Source of the DNA: Candidatus Latescibacterota bacterium
Lineage (GTDB): Bacteria > Latescibacterota > UBA2968 > UBA8231
Direction: 5' to 3'
Assembly (NCBI GenBank): GCA_965203355.1
Contig: OZ241889.1
Location: forward strand, 3,808,001-3,872,000
Length of the DNA: 64,000 nt
Shown: positions 36,250 to 46,900 of the stretch, piece by piece
Layout of the letters: the number at the start of each line of letters is the position of its first letter
Numbering within the stretch: position 1 is the first letter of the stretch
Program-made: the position numbers and the translations under genes
Notes under the pieces: model-generated
Databases searched by the model: none
Seen by the model: the letters and a program-made list of their open reading frames with translations, nothing else
Told to the model about the DNA's origin: nothing

Positions 36250-36265
36250 TGCAAAAGCCGTGCCA
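36250..36265 (-). promoter_or_regulatory. sigma54 (-24/-12) promoter of hsp20
   Basis: Minus strand TGGCACG-GCTT-TTGCA, an exact match to TGGCACG-N4-TTGCW, 56 bp upstream of the ATG. Confidence 0.85.
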
Positions 36266-36448
36266 ACGTGTTAAAATTTTCATATCTTATTGTTATACAT
36301 AGAGTTGTGATGTTTTAACGCAAAAAAGGGCACCGGCTATATTGTCAGCACGGCCTACAAAAATTGGCAGGCGTTATGCGAAATTGGCCGAAGTCCCTGC
36401 CGTTATTGCACTAGTCCCTCATATTCGCAGCGAGCGAAAGGAACCCTT

Positions 36449-37798
36449 GTGATCAACTGGGAAGCGGTGCGCACCGAAGTGACCGAGCATTTGCAGGCCC
36501 TCATCCGCATCGACACCACCAACCCCCCAGGCAACGAAAGCGAAGCGGCGCGCTATCTAGCAGGCGTATTGCGGCAGGAGGGCTTTGCTCCCCTCGTCGT
36601 CGAGTCTGCGCCCGGGCGCGGCAACGTCCTCGCTCGGCTGTCCGGCGGCGACCAACCGCCGCTCATGCTCCTCGGACATACCGACGTAGTGGCGGCCGAG
36701 CCGGCGCACTGGACCCATCCGCCCTTTTCGGGTGCGCTGGCCGACGGCTGCGTGTGGGGGCGAGGCGCGTTAGACATGAAGAACATGGTCGCGGCGAATC
36801 TGATGGTGTTGCTGCTGTTGCAACGGGAAGGCGTCCAGCTCAACCGCGACCTCGTCTTCGCCGCCACCGCCGACGAGGAAGCCGGCAAAGGCAATCACGG
36901 GCCGGGGTGGATTATCGACAACCGACCGGATCTGTGGGACGCCCCTTTGATCATCACCGAGGGCGGCGGCAGCGACTTCGCGATCGGCGAGCAGCGATTT
37001 TACACCTGCCAGACCGGGCAAAAGGGCCTGTGCCGGCTGCGGCTGATCGCCCGCGGTACGCCCGGGCACGGCTCCATGCCGCACGGCGACAGCGCCATCG
37101 TCAAGCTGTCCAAAGCACTAGCCGGCTTGGAAGGAGCCGCATTTCCCGCACACGTGTCCGCCAGCGTCCGCCGCTTCGTCGAGGGCATGGCCAGCCGTCG
37201 GCCAGCCGCCGAAGCCGCCCGGTGGCAACAAGTGCTCGACCCGGCAACCGCAAATGTCGCGCTGGGCGGCCTGCCCATTGCCAGCACTTTGCGCCGCGAG
37301 TTGGACGCCCTATTGCACAACACAGCCTCGGCGACCATGGTGCAGGCCGGTTCCAAGATCAACGTGATTCCGGGGGAGGCAACCGCTTGGATCGATGGAC
37401 GCTTAGTACCCGGCCAGACGGCAGAAAGCTTCGCGGCCGAGTTGCGCGCATTTGTCGGCGATGAGGTCGCCCTTGCGATCGATCAGTACACGCCGCCATT
37501 GGAAGCGCCGTCCGATACTCGGCTTTTTCAGACGATTGTCGAGGTGATGCAGGAGCGCGATCCAGACGCGCCCGTGCTCCCGTATCTGATGCCGGCCGGC
37601 ACCGACGCCAAGCACATTGTGCCGCGCCGCCCCGCAACCCAGATATACGGCTTTATGCCCTATCGGCAGGCGCCGGGCGAGGAGGAAATGACCCTGATCC
37701 ACGGCCACGACGAGCGCACCCCGGTGGCAGAACTGCTCTTTGCAACGCAGGTGCTCTACGAAATCGTCTGCCGCTTTGGCGGGGTGGAAAACCGCTAG
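36449..37798 (+). CDS. M20/M25/M40 family metallo-hydrolase
   Basis: TTNPPGNE, GHTDVV, GRGALDMK, DEE, GHGS and IHGHDER. Confidence 0.9.
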   Translation: MINWEAVRTEVTEHLQALIRIDTTNPPGNESEAARYLAGVLRQEGFAPLVVESAPGRGNVLARLSGGDQPPLMLLGHTDVVAAEPAHWTHPPFSGALADGCVWGRGALDMKNMVAANLMVLLLLQREGVQLNRDLVFAATADEEAGKGNHGPGWIIDNRPDLWDAPLIITEGGGSDFAIGEQRFYTCQTGQKGLCRLRLIARGTPGHGSMPHGDSAIVKLSKALAGLEGAAFPAHVSASVRRFVEGMASRRPAAEAARWQQVLDPATANVALGGLPIASTLRRELDALLHNTASATMVQAGSKINVIPGEATAWIDGRLVPGQTAESFAAELRAFVGDEVALAIDQYTPPLEAPSDTRLFQTIVEVMQERDPDAPVLPYLMPAGTDAKHIVPRRPATQIYGFMPYRQAPGEEEMTLIHGHDERTPVAELLFATQVLYEIVCRFGGVENR

Positions 37799-38295
37799 CT
37801 CAAATCGACGACCGCAACGCCATCGTCGATTTCGAGGACCAAAACCTTATCGCCGGGGTTGAGGGGCCCTTGGGCGTCAGCTCGGCGCGCCAACAGTTCG
37901 ATGGTGCGGCCTTGCACGGTAGCGGAAATTTTGCCAGTGCGGCCTGCGGCGATGGGGACCGTGACTTCAGCTTCGAGGCCGATCAAGTCGTCGCCTGCCA
38001 GCGAACTGTCGGCACTTGTTCGGCTCAACCGGCCCAGTATCCAGTCGCCCAAGAAGGCGCAAACCACACCGGTACCCAACGCCGTGAACAACGCAGCACC
38101 CGGGGTCTTGAGCAGGCTACCGAGCAGCCCGGCCAAGCCGAAGAAGAAGGCAAAAAAGAAAAACAATCGCAGCCGCAAAACAGCCAGCGCTTGCAAGCCA
38201 GGGCCCAAGCCATCGCCATCCCCGCCAAACAGCGAGGCTCCGACGGCGATCCCCCCGACGATCAGCCCGCTCAAGTACAGATAGAAGAGATCCAC
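37795..38295 (-). CDS. NfeD-family membrane protein (short, YuaF-like)
   Basis: TM helices (FFFFAFFFGLAG) and a C-terminal OB fold (LIGLEAEVTVPI...G...VLVLEI); GTG start just after the flotillin stop. Confidence 0.8.
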   Translation of the reverse strand: MDLFYLYLSGLIVGGIAVGASLFGGDGDGLGPGLQALAVLRLRLFFFFAFFFGLAGLLGSLLKTPGAALFTALGTGVVCAFLGDWILGRLSRTSADSSLAGDDLIGLEAEVTVPIAAGRTGKISATVQGRTIELLARRADAQGPLNPGDKVLVLEIDDGVAVVDLS

Positions 38296-38296
38296 G

Positions 38297-39565
38297 CTAC
38301 CCTTCCTGCGTCCGGCCCGTGGCCGCGACGACCGACGCGAGATCAACGCCGGTCGTGGCCTTGATGCTCTCGAAGAGCGCCGGAGCCAGCGCGCCGATCT
38401 GGTTGACGACCGCCGGCAAGCCACGCTGACTGCCATTGCCGGAATCAACGACCGCGAGGTGGTCGATTTTTATATCCTTGGCCATGGCGGTGATTTGCTC
38501 GACCAAGTTCGGCAGCATCTGGATCAACAACAGTTCCTTGCCATGGGGACCGGCGAGCGTCCAGATCTCGTTTTTCTGTTTGAGTACCTCGATCTCGGCG
38601 AGGCCGTTTTCGAGGATGTTGGCCGCTGCGCCCTTGGCGCGTAACTCGGCCGCGTCGCGGTCGGCGCGGGCTGGCTCAGTGATCTCGATCTCTAGCTGGC
38701 GCTTTTGCAGTGCCAAGCGCTCCTGCTCAACCTCCTGCTCGGCTTGGACTTCGGCTTTGCGAGCCACTTGCGCGGCGCGTTTCTCCGCGGCCAAGCCCTC
38801 GCCTTCCAACTCGGCCTTGCGAACCCGGAGCGTGTTTTGTGCATCGACGATCTGCACCTGCGCCTCGGCATCGGCGACCTCGCCCCGCCGGCGGGCGTCG
38901 GCGGATTTTTCCTGCGATTCAGCGCGGTTTTCAGCCTCGGCGATTTCGGCTTCCTTGAGGACTGTGGCCGTACTCTTGCGACCGATGGCGTCGAGATAGC
39001 CAACATCGTCGGAAACGTTCTGGATTTTGAGCGTGTCGAGGACGAGGCCCAGCTTCTGCAAATCGACGTCGGCTTCGCCGATGAGCGATTGGGCGAACTT
39101 GAGACGGTCTTCGTTGACCTCTTCCGGGGTCAGCGTGGCGAGGACGCCGCGCAGGTTGCCTTCGAGCGTGTCTTTGGCAATGTCTTGGATTTCGGCGAGC
39201 GGAATGCCCAAGAATCGCTCTAGCGCATTGCCGAGCAGCGGCTCGTCGCCAGCGATCTTGATATTGGCAATGCCTTGTACCGACAGGGGGATGCCGCCTT
39301 TGGAGTACGCGTTGGCGATCGATACTTCGAGGGGAATCGTGCGCAAGTCGAGGCGATCGACCTTCTCGAGGAGCGGAATGCGAAGAGCACGGCCCCCCTT
39401 AATTACGCGGTAGCCCACCGCACGACCGTCGGATGTCTGCCGTTTGCGGCCCGAGAAAATGATGACCTCGTTAGGCTGGCAGATGAAGAGGTTTAGCTGG
39501 ACGATGTAGATCACCACGGCCAGCAACACCGCGAAGACCAGAGCAAAGGTCAGGAACATTTCCAT
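38297..39565 (-). CDS. Flotillin-like SPFH-domain protein
   Basis: N-terminal TM, PNEVIIFSG, TLEGNLRGVLATLTPEE, D..GYLDAIG and an Ala/Glu coiled coil. Confidence 0.92.
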   Translation of the reverse strand: MEMFLTFALVFAVLLAVVIYIVQLNLFICQPNEVIIFSGRKRQTSDGRAVGYRVIKGGRALRIPLLEKVDRLDLRTIPLEVSIANAYSKGGIPLSVQGIANIKIAGDEPLLGNALERFLGIPLAEIQDIAKDTLEGNLRGVLATLTPEEVNEDRLKFAQSLIGEADVDLQKLGLVLDTLKIQNVSDDVGYLDAIGRKSTATVLKEAEIAEAENRAESQEKSADARRRGEVADAEAQVQIVDAQNTLRVRKAELEGEGLAAEKRAAQVARKAEVQAEQEVEQERLALQKRQLEIEITEPARADRDAAELRAKGAAANILENGLAEIEVLKQKNEIWTLAGPHGKELLLIQMLPNLVEQITAMAKDIKIDHLAVVDSGNGSQRGLPAVVNQIGALAPALFESIKATTGVDLASVVAATGRTQEG

Positions 39566-39612
39566 GGGGCACCTCCACAGGTTGGTTTGTAGTAGGGACG
39601 ACCCTAGGCAAT

Positions 39613-41073
39613 TTAATACGCGCCCTTAATCCGCCCAAACCACCCGCGCAACGGATCGCCCAATTCCTCCATGTAGCGGCCCATCCGCCCCATCAGGTCT
39701 TGGCGCACGGCTTCGTACGCCGGGTCGCCATACACATTGTCGAGCTGATAGGGATCGCGTTGCAAGTCGTACAACTCGCCCGGATCGCCCGAGTTAAAGG
39801 TGAACTGATGGGTGCGGGTGCGGACCATGCGCTGGTTGGCGACCGTAAAATGGCGGTCGAATACGCAGTACACTTCCTCGCGTCCGTTGGCAAACGGGCG
39901 TCCCTCAATGGCCGGGAGAAAGGACCGCCCGTCGAGATCGGCCGGCACTTCAATACCAGCGGCGTCGAGCGACGAGAGCATGATCTCGTGCAAATAGACG
40001 AACTCGTCGCAGGCCGTGCCCGGGGCCTCGCAGTCGGGATGGGCGATGACGAGCGGAATGCGATAAATCTCGTCGTACATGAACTCGCCCTTCTCGATCA
40101 GCTTGTGCGCGCCGAGACAGTCGCCGTGGTCGGCGGTATAGACGATGATGGTGTTGTCGAGGACGCCCAATCGCTCCAAGTGCGCCACCACCCTGCCGAC
40201 CATGTCGTCGAGGAGGGTGCAGTGCCCAAAATAGCGGGCGGCGATTTCCTGAAACCCCGCCCAGCCATAATCACCCAACCCCCATAGCTTCTCGATCAAC
40301 TGCTGGCGATAGGGCTTTTTCGCAAAGGTCTCGGCGTAGCCGGGGTGTTCGGGAATGGCCTTGGGATCGTACATGGAAAAGTACGGCTCCGGCACCAGCG
40401 ACGGACTGTGCGGCCCCCAGAAATTAGCCCACAGGAAAAACGGCTCCTCGCCGCCAGCCACTTCGTCGAGAACGCGGATGGCTTCCTCGGCGACGAAATA
40501 CTCAATGCACGACTCGACCGGCCCCTCGTGCAATGCAAACATTTCCTGCGCCTGATTCGAGGGGTTGGTGCCGACAAAGCGGTGCGAGACCGCTGGCGGC
40601 GGGTCAAAGCCGCGTTCTTTTAGATAATCGGCGTACGGATTGTGGCCCCTCGGCTTGGCCCCGAACTGCAAGCCGGGCAACAGGTCGGCCCCCGGAAAGG
40701 CATAGCCCATGAAATCCTGGCCCGCGAACCCGTAGCCGGTCGGGCCGGTCTGCTCATCCACGTGCCACTTGCCAGCGTATCCACAGCGATAGCCCACCTC
40801 GTCCAGATAGTGGTTCAACCCGCGCACGTCCTCGCGCAAACACAAACCGTTAGCCGTGACTCCGTGCTTGTGCGGATAGCGGCCCGTGTAAAAGGAAGCG
40901 CGGGCCGGCGAGCAAATGGCCGTCGGCGTGAAGGCCGCATCAAAGCGAATGCCGCGCGCAGCCAACGCATCAATGTGCGGCGTCCGGCACACCTCGTTCA
41001 GCCCGTAGCAGCTCACCGTGTCGAGCCGCTGCTGGTCGGACATCAAGACGACGATATTGGGTTGCTTAGCCAT
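39613..41073 (-). CDS. Sulfatase (Cys-type)
   Basis: PNIVVLMSDQQR, CSPARAS (CxPxR), GKWH, ADHG and ELYDL..DP. Confidence 0.92.
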   Translation of the reverse strand: MAKQPNIVVLMSDQQRLDTVSCYGLNEVCRTPHIDALAARGIRFDAAFTPTAICSPARASFYTGRYPHKHGVTANGLCLREDVRGLNHYLDEVGYRCGYAGKWHVDEQTGPTGYGFAGQDFMGYAFPGADLLPGLQFGAKPRGHNPYADYLKERGFDPPPAVSHRFVGTNPSNQAQEMFALHEGPVESCIEYFVAEEAIRVLDEVAGGEEPFFLWANFWGPHSPSLVPEPYFSMYDPKAIPEHPGYAETFAKKPYRQQLIEKLWGLGDYGWAGFQEIAARYFGHCTLLDDMVGRVVAHLERLGVLDNTIIVYTADHGDCLGAHKLIEKGEFMYDEIYRIPLVIAHPDCEAPGTACDEFVYLHEIMLSSLDAAGIEVPADLDGRSFLPAIEGRPFANGREEVYCVFDRHFTVANQRMVRTRTHQFTFNSGDPGELYDLQRDPYQLDNVYGDPAYEAVRQDLMGRMGRYMEELGDPLRGWFGRIKGAY

Positions 41074-41075
41074 TG

Positions 41076-42044
41076 TTAGCACTCCTCGCTCCGCAAATCC
41101 AGCCACGCCATCTCCGCCTCGGTGAGCGGATTGTCGAGGGCTTGCACGTTGGCTGCAATCTCATCGCCGCTCATGCTGCCGACCAAAGCATAGATGTCGA
41201 GCGGATAGCTGAGCACGTACGACAAGGCGATCTGCGGCACCGACAACCCCTTTTCTTTCGCCAGTTCCCACGCGCGCTCGAGCCGCTTGAAGTTGTCTTC
41301 GCAGTAATACGATTTGGGCATGGTCCCGTCGAATTGGTCGCGCACTTGCTCGGCATTGGCGCGGGTAACTTTGCCCGAGAAAAAGCCGCGCGCCACGCTC
41401 GACCAAGTAAAGAGCGGCATGGCGTGCTCGGCGTACCACGCGCGGGCAGCGGCTTGGCTCGGCCCGGCAATCGACAGACAATCCTTCCACGGCTCGGCAA
41501 TCTGATCCGCCAAGCTGAAGTTCGGGCTGGAAGCGGCAAAAGGCACGAGGCCGCGTTGGTCCGCGTATTCGTTGGCCGCGGCCAAGCGTTCCGGCGTCCA
41601 ATTCGAGCCGCCAAAAGCGTGGATGCGGCCGGCCGCGTGATGTTCGTTGAGTGCTTCGACGATCGGGCCGACCGGGACCGCTGGATCGTCGCGATGCAGC
41701 AGGTAGAGGTCGATGTAGGAGGAGCGCAGGCGCACGAGCGAGTCGGCCAGGTCCGAAGCGATGTCGTACGGAGTGACGCGGTTGCGATCTTGGTTGAGGT
41801 GGGCGCCCTTGCCGATGATCGCGATTTCGTCGCGGTTGCCCCTTTCCTCCATCCACAATCCGAGCATGCGATCCACTTCTCCGCCGCCGTAGCCGTGAGC
41901 CGAGTCGTAGGTCGTGATGCCGACCTCGCGCGCCGCGTCGAGCAGAGCAAAACCTTCTTCCTGGTGGCTGCGATTGAGCATGATCGAGCCTTGAACTATG
42001 CGCGAGATTTTCTTTTTAACGCCTGGTACGTTGCCGTATTGCAC
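41076..42044 (-). CDS. Aldo/keto reductase
   Basis: DSAHGYG, GKGAH, YIDLYLLHRDD and GGSNW. Confidence 0.9.
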   Translation of the reverse strand: MQYGNVPGVKKKISRIVQGSIMLNRSHQEEGFALLDAAREVGITTYDSAHGYGGGEVDRMLGLWMEERGNRDEIAIIGKGAHLNQDRNRVTPYDIASDLADSLVRLRSSYIDLYLLHRDDPAVPVGPIVEALNEHHAAGRIHAFGGSNWTPERLAAANEYADQRGLVPFAASSPNFSLADQIAEPWKDCLSIAGPSQAAARAWYAEHAMPLFTWSSVARGFFSGKVTRANAEQVRDQFDGTMPKSYYCEDNFKRLERAWELAKEKGLSVPQIALSYVLSYPLDIYALVGSMSGDEIAANVQALDNPLTEAEMAWLDLRSEEC

Positions 42045-42057
42045 GATTACTTTCCTT

Positions 42058-43041
42058 TCATTCCATTGGGTATTTTAGGCCGATCTGTGCGCGGATTTCG
42101 TCGAGTATCCGCATCAGCGCCACGGTTTCATCGAGCGGCATGACCGCGCTCTCGGTCCGCCCTTCGCCGAGGCAGCGGGCCACTTCTCGCGCTTCGTAGT
42201 TGTAGCCATTGCCCGCCAAAGGCAACTCAACGCGCTCTTCGCGGCCTCCAGCCTTGAGCGTGGCACTTTCGCCTTTCCACCACGACGGATCAATGACAAT
42301 CGTCCCCTCGCTGCCGACAATGTATGCTTCGCGGGCGATCGCAGCGCGGATGGCACAAGAAAGGTTGGCGATGGCACCGCCGCTGTAGCGGAGCACAATG
42401 CCGGTCTGCTCGTCAACGCCCGTTGCGCCGAGGTGGGCGGCGGCGGCAATCTGCGCGGGTTGTGCCCCGAGGACCATCGCGGCGAAGGAGACGACATAGA
42501 TGCCAATGTCGAGTAGGGCGCCGCCGCCCAAGGCGCGGTTAAAAAGCCGACCCGCGGGATTGACGCCCGCGCGGAAACCAAAGTCGGCGCTGACCATCAG
42601 CGGCACTCCTATGGCACCGGCGTCGAGCCACCGGCGCACTTGCCCCATAATGGGCAAGCAGCGAGTCCACATGGCCTCCATCAGAAAGACGCCCCGGGCG
42701 CGAGCGCAGGCGACGACCGCTTTGGCTTCGGCCGCATTGATGGTAAAGGGCTTCTCGCAGAGCACGGCTTTGCCGGCTTCAAGGCAGCGGATCGAATGAT
42801 CTTGGTGGAAGGGGTGAGGAGTGGCCACGTACACCGCGTCAATGTCGGGGTCGGTGCTGAGTGCTTCGTACGAGGCGTGGCGGTTGGGAGCCCCGTACTG
42901 GTCGCCAAAGGCGTCGGCGCGCTGCGGGTCGCGCGAGCCAACGGCGACCAACTCTCCCTCGGGAATGGCCTGGAGACCGACGGCGAATTTGTGGGCAATG
43001 CTGCCCGGGCCGAGGATGCCCCAGCGGATGGGTTGGGTCAT
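42058..43041 (-). CDS. Gfo/Idh/MocA family oxidoreductase
   Basis: WGILGPGSIA, YVATPHPFH, CEKP, EAMW and GGALLDIGIY. Confidence 0.92.
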   Translation of the reverse strand: MTQPIRWGILGPGSIAHKFAVGLQAIPEGELVAVGSRDPQRADAFGDQYGAPNRHASYEALSTDPDIDAVYVATPHPFHQDHSIRCLEAGKAVLCEKPFTINAAEAKAVVACARARGVFLMEAMWTRCLPIMGQVRRWLDAGAIGVPLMVSADFGFRAGVNPAGRLFNRALGGGALLDIGIYVVSFAAMVLGAQPAQIAAAAHLGATGVDEQTGIVLRYSGGAIANLSCAIRAAIAREAYIVGSEGTIVIDPSWWKGESATLKAGGREERVELPLAGNGYNYEAREVARCLGEGRTESAVMPLDETVALMRILDEIRAQIGLKYPME

Positions 43042-43294
43042 GGATGCTCCTAGCTTGGACTGATGTGAAAAATTGCGGGGGTTATAGTTTGGCCGTGTGC
43101 AGGAAAGGCGTCAAGGATGGGCGGTCCTCCAAAATCAGATCGGAATCGCCGCTAGCGAAATTGAGGAACTGGAACGAGAGAAGGCAACTGCCTGATGAGA
43201 CGAGAGGGCCGATTGGATTTCGTCCAAAATGGCCCTGCGCGACCGCGATCGTGTGAGGCTAATCTCGGTAGGGCCGCCGCCTCATGCTCGCAGG

Positions 43295-43927
43295 CTACCA
43301 GCCACATGCTTCGCGCAATGGACGCATGGCCTCTGCCGCACCCTTTAGATTAAAAGTAGCATCCACAGGACTCTTTCCCGTCGGTGTAATGCGCACGAAC
43401 AGCTTTTGGGACTCGGCTATCTTACGCTCCCAAAAGACGTTTCCCGGAGCAAAAATCGCCTCATCATCCGTGGACAGCCCCCAACGGTTCTTTTGTGCAG
43501 GTTGCTTATCAAAACGGGTCAAGACGGTGATATAGTCTTCAAACAATTCCAAAGACCAATCGTAATTAATGTAAACATTCGTTTCACCCTCCCTACAACG
43601 AACTATAAGCGTCGGGCGAGTTAGCCCTAGTAATCCCAAACCGCTTACATCAACCATATTCTCCGCCTCTAAGGCCATAAATACATTCCGCGAGTCGTCA
43701 ATTGGCGAGATTTCTTGATGTACTACCCACTGGCCTGTGCCTGAATCGGACAGTGTCGGCAGAGCTACACCTTCTGCGACTGCACGCGCCAACTCATCGT
43801 AACAGGCGAGGCGTTCGGCATCCTTATCCTTTGCCCGGCAGTGCGCCAGAACTTCTGGTATCGTGGCGGCTTCCACTGGGGCGAAAAGCAAACAACTCAT
43901 GCAAACGGCGGAGATTAATTGTTTCAT
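43295..43927 (-). CDS. Secreted VasI/TagO-like protein (orphan)
   Basis: Signal peptide, C...ERLACYD, W....SPIDDS, LIVRCRE and a terminal REACGW; lower GC. Confidence 0.65.
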   Translation of the reverse strand: MKQLISAVCMSCLLFAPVEAATIPEVLAHCRAKDKDAERLACYDELARAVAEGVALPTLSDSGTGQWVVHQEISPIDDSRNVFMALEAENMVDVSGLGLLGLTRPTLIVRCREGETNVYINYDWSLELFEDYITVLTRFDKQPAQKNRWGLSTDDEAIFAPGNVFWERKIAESQKLFVRITPTGKSPVDATFNLKGAAEAMRPLREACGW

Positions 43928-43969
43928 GCGGATCAATTCCTCAATGCAAAATTTTGCTACCTGCCTCCG

Positions 43970-46900
43970 TCAGCTCGCGTCGGCAAAGTCGCGGGCGTTC
44001 TGAAACAGCTTGAGCCACGGCCCCTCTTCGCTCGTCCACTCAGCCGGACGCCACGACAGCTGAACATTGCGGAAGACGCGCTCCGGGTGCGGCATCATAA
44101 TAGTGGCGCGACCATCGGCACTAGTGAAAGCCGTCAACCCACCGGGCGAGCCGTTCGGGTTGCTGGGATAGCGTTCGGTCGGCTGACCGTAATTATCCAC
44201 ATAGCGCAGGCAAAGCTGGTTTCGCGCCCGCACGCGCGTCAGTGCCCGCTCGTCGCCAAATTGGACGCGGCCCTCGCCGTGCGCCACCGCCATGGGCAAA
44301 CGCGACCCCGCCATGCCGCGCAAGAACACCGAGCGGCTTTCCAACACCTCTACGGTGGCAAACCGCGCCTCAAACTGCTCGGATCGGTTGCGCACAAATC
44401 GCGGCCAGTCGGCCGCGCCCGGAATCAGTTCCTTGAGATGCGACAGCATTTGGCAGCCATTGCACACCCCCAAGGAAAAGGTATCCAGCCGCGCAAAGAA
44501 GACGGCAAATTGCTCGCGCAAGCGGTCGTGAAAAAGAATGGAACGCGCCCAGCCAGCCCCGGCCCCGAGCACATCGCCGTAGCTAAAGCCGCCGCAGGCC
44601 GCCAGCCCGTGAAACGAACTCAACTCGACGCGACCGGCCAATAAGTCGGTCATGGTCACGTCGACCGCCTCGCAGGCGGCCGCGTCAAAAGCCGCCGCCA
44701 TTTCCACTTGGCCGTTGATGCCCTGCTCGCGCAGAATCGCCACGCGAGGCCGCGCTTTCCCGCCTAGGGTCGGAGCAACTTCGTGCGCTAAGTGAAAATT
44801 CAGGCCCGGGTCTTGGCCATCGGCCAGGGTCTCATACTCTTGGCGGGCGCAATCCGGGTCGTCGCGGTGGGCCTGCATCCGATACGTCAACTCAGTCCAC
44901 GCCGCGTGCAGGTCGAGCAGCCGAGCCTCATAGACGAGATCGCCGGCGCGACAAACGCGCAGCTGTAAATCGTCGGCCGGCGCGCCCACGCCGTGGACCA
45001 AATCCGCGATGCCCTGCTCGGCAAAGACCTTGTACACGGTGTCCTCATCTTCAGCGCGATACTGGATCACAACGCCCACTTCCTCGCAGAAAAGCACCGC
45101 GAGCGGGTCGCGGCCCAGCGCGGCAATCTCTAGTTCCACGCCGCAACGGCCAGCAAACGCCATCTCGGCCACCGCCGTGAAAAGGCCGCCGTCGGAGCGG
45201 TCGTGATACGCCAGGACGAGATCTTGCTCGAGCAAAGTCTGCACGGCCTCGTACAAGCCGCGCAAATCGCCGGCCTCTACGTCGGGAGGCTCGCGACCGA
45301 TTTGGTTGTACACTTGCGCGAGACAAGAGCCACCCAGGCGATTTTGTTTGCGGCCCAAATCCACGAGCAGGAGCCGGGTGTCGCCACCCCGCTTTAAATC
45401 GGGCGTAACGTGGCGGCGCACGTCTTCGACCGGCGCAAAGGCCGAGATGACCAAACTCAACGGAGCGACCACTTTGTGCGCTGTACCCTCGGCGTCTTCC
45501 CACACCGCCCGCATGGACAGCGAGTCTTTCCCCACCGGAATCGACACCCCCAGCGCCGGACAAAACTCCAACCCCACGGTGCGCACGGTGTCGTATAGGG
45601 CCGCGTCCTCACCCGCTTCGCCACAAGCGCACATCCAGTTCCCGGACAGCTTGATGCGGTGAATCGGACCAATGGACGCAGCGGCCATGTTGGCGATGGC
45701 CTCGGCCACAGCCATGCGCCCCGAAGCGGGCGCATCTACCAAGGCGAGAGGCGTGCGCTCGCCCATGGCCATGGCCGACCCGGTGTATCCCCGAAAGGAG
45801 TGGCAAGTCAAAGCCAAATCCGCGACCGGCACCTGATAGGGACCGACCATCTGATCGCGGGCCACCAAGCCGGTGACCGTGCGGTCGGCAATGGCGATGA
45901 GGAACGTCTTGGCGGCTACGGCTGGGAAGCGGAGCAAGCGCTCAGCCGCCTCAGCGAGCGCCGGCTCCCCTAAGGCGAGCGGCCGCCGCACGGGCGGGCG
46001 GCGGCTGGCGCGGCGCAGCATCTTGGGCGGCTTGCCCAAAATGACCGCTAGATCGAGGCGGTCAATGGGCTTGTCGTCGAGCAGAGCGTCGTCGAGAGAC
46101 AGCGTGCCATCGCCGGTGATCTCGCCAATGACCGCAAACAGGCAACGCTCGCGTGTAGCCAACTCGGCAAAGCGCTGCAAATCGGCGCGGCCCACCACCA
46201 GCACGTAGCGCTCTTGCGCCTCGTTGCTCCAAATCTGCATCGGACTCATGCCCGGGTCGTCGTTGTGAATGGCGCGCAAGTCAAAGCGCGCCCCCACGTC
46301 TGCCACCAACTCCGGGCAGGCGTTGGACAACCCCCCAGCCCCCACGTCGTGGATGCTGACGATGGGATTTTCCGCCCCGAGCGCGATACAGCGGCTGATC
46401 AGCTCTTGGCAGCGGCGCTGCATCTCGGGATTGTCGCGCTGCACCGAGGCAAAGTCGAGGTCTTCGCGGTTAGCACCCGTGTCCATGCTAGAAGCGGCAC
46501 CCCCGCCTAAACCAATGAGCATGGCCGGTCCCCCGAGCTGAATGACGCAATCGCCCGCCGCCGGCGTTTTCTTCTCCACGTGCGCGGCGTCGATGAGGCC
46601 AACGCCGCCAGCGACCATGATCGGCTTGTGGTAGCCGCGCCACACCCCAGTGCTGTCGTCCTCCAAGGTGCGGAACACCCCGAGGATGTTGGGCCGCCCA
46701 AACTCATTGCCAAAGGCCGCACCGCCGATCGGCCCTTCGGTCATAATCGCGAGGGGCGTGGCCAAGCGATCCGGGAAGGCCGCGTGCTCTTTTTCCCACG
46801 GCTGGGCAAACTCGGGCAGGCGCAGATGCGAGGTAAAAAAGGCGCACAGACCCGCCTGCGACCAACCGCCCGTGCCCGCCGCGCCCTCGTCGCGGATCTC

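Noticed and set aside
41073-42143. 356-aa plus-strand ORF
   Set aside because: Antisense shadow of the aldo/keto reductase.
43181-43235. Hammerhead-like CTGATGAG...stem
   Set aside because: The stem is followed by CAAA instead of the invariant GAAA, and no convincing stems I and III were found.
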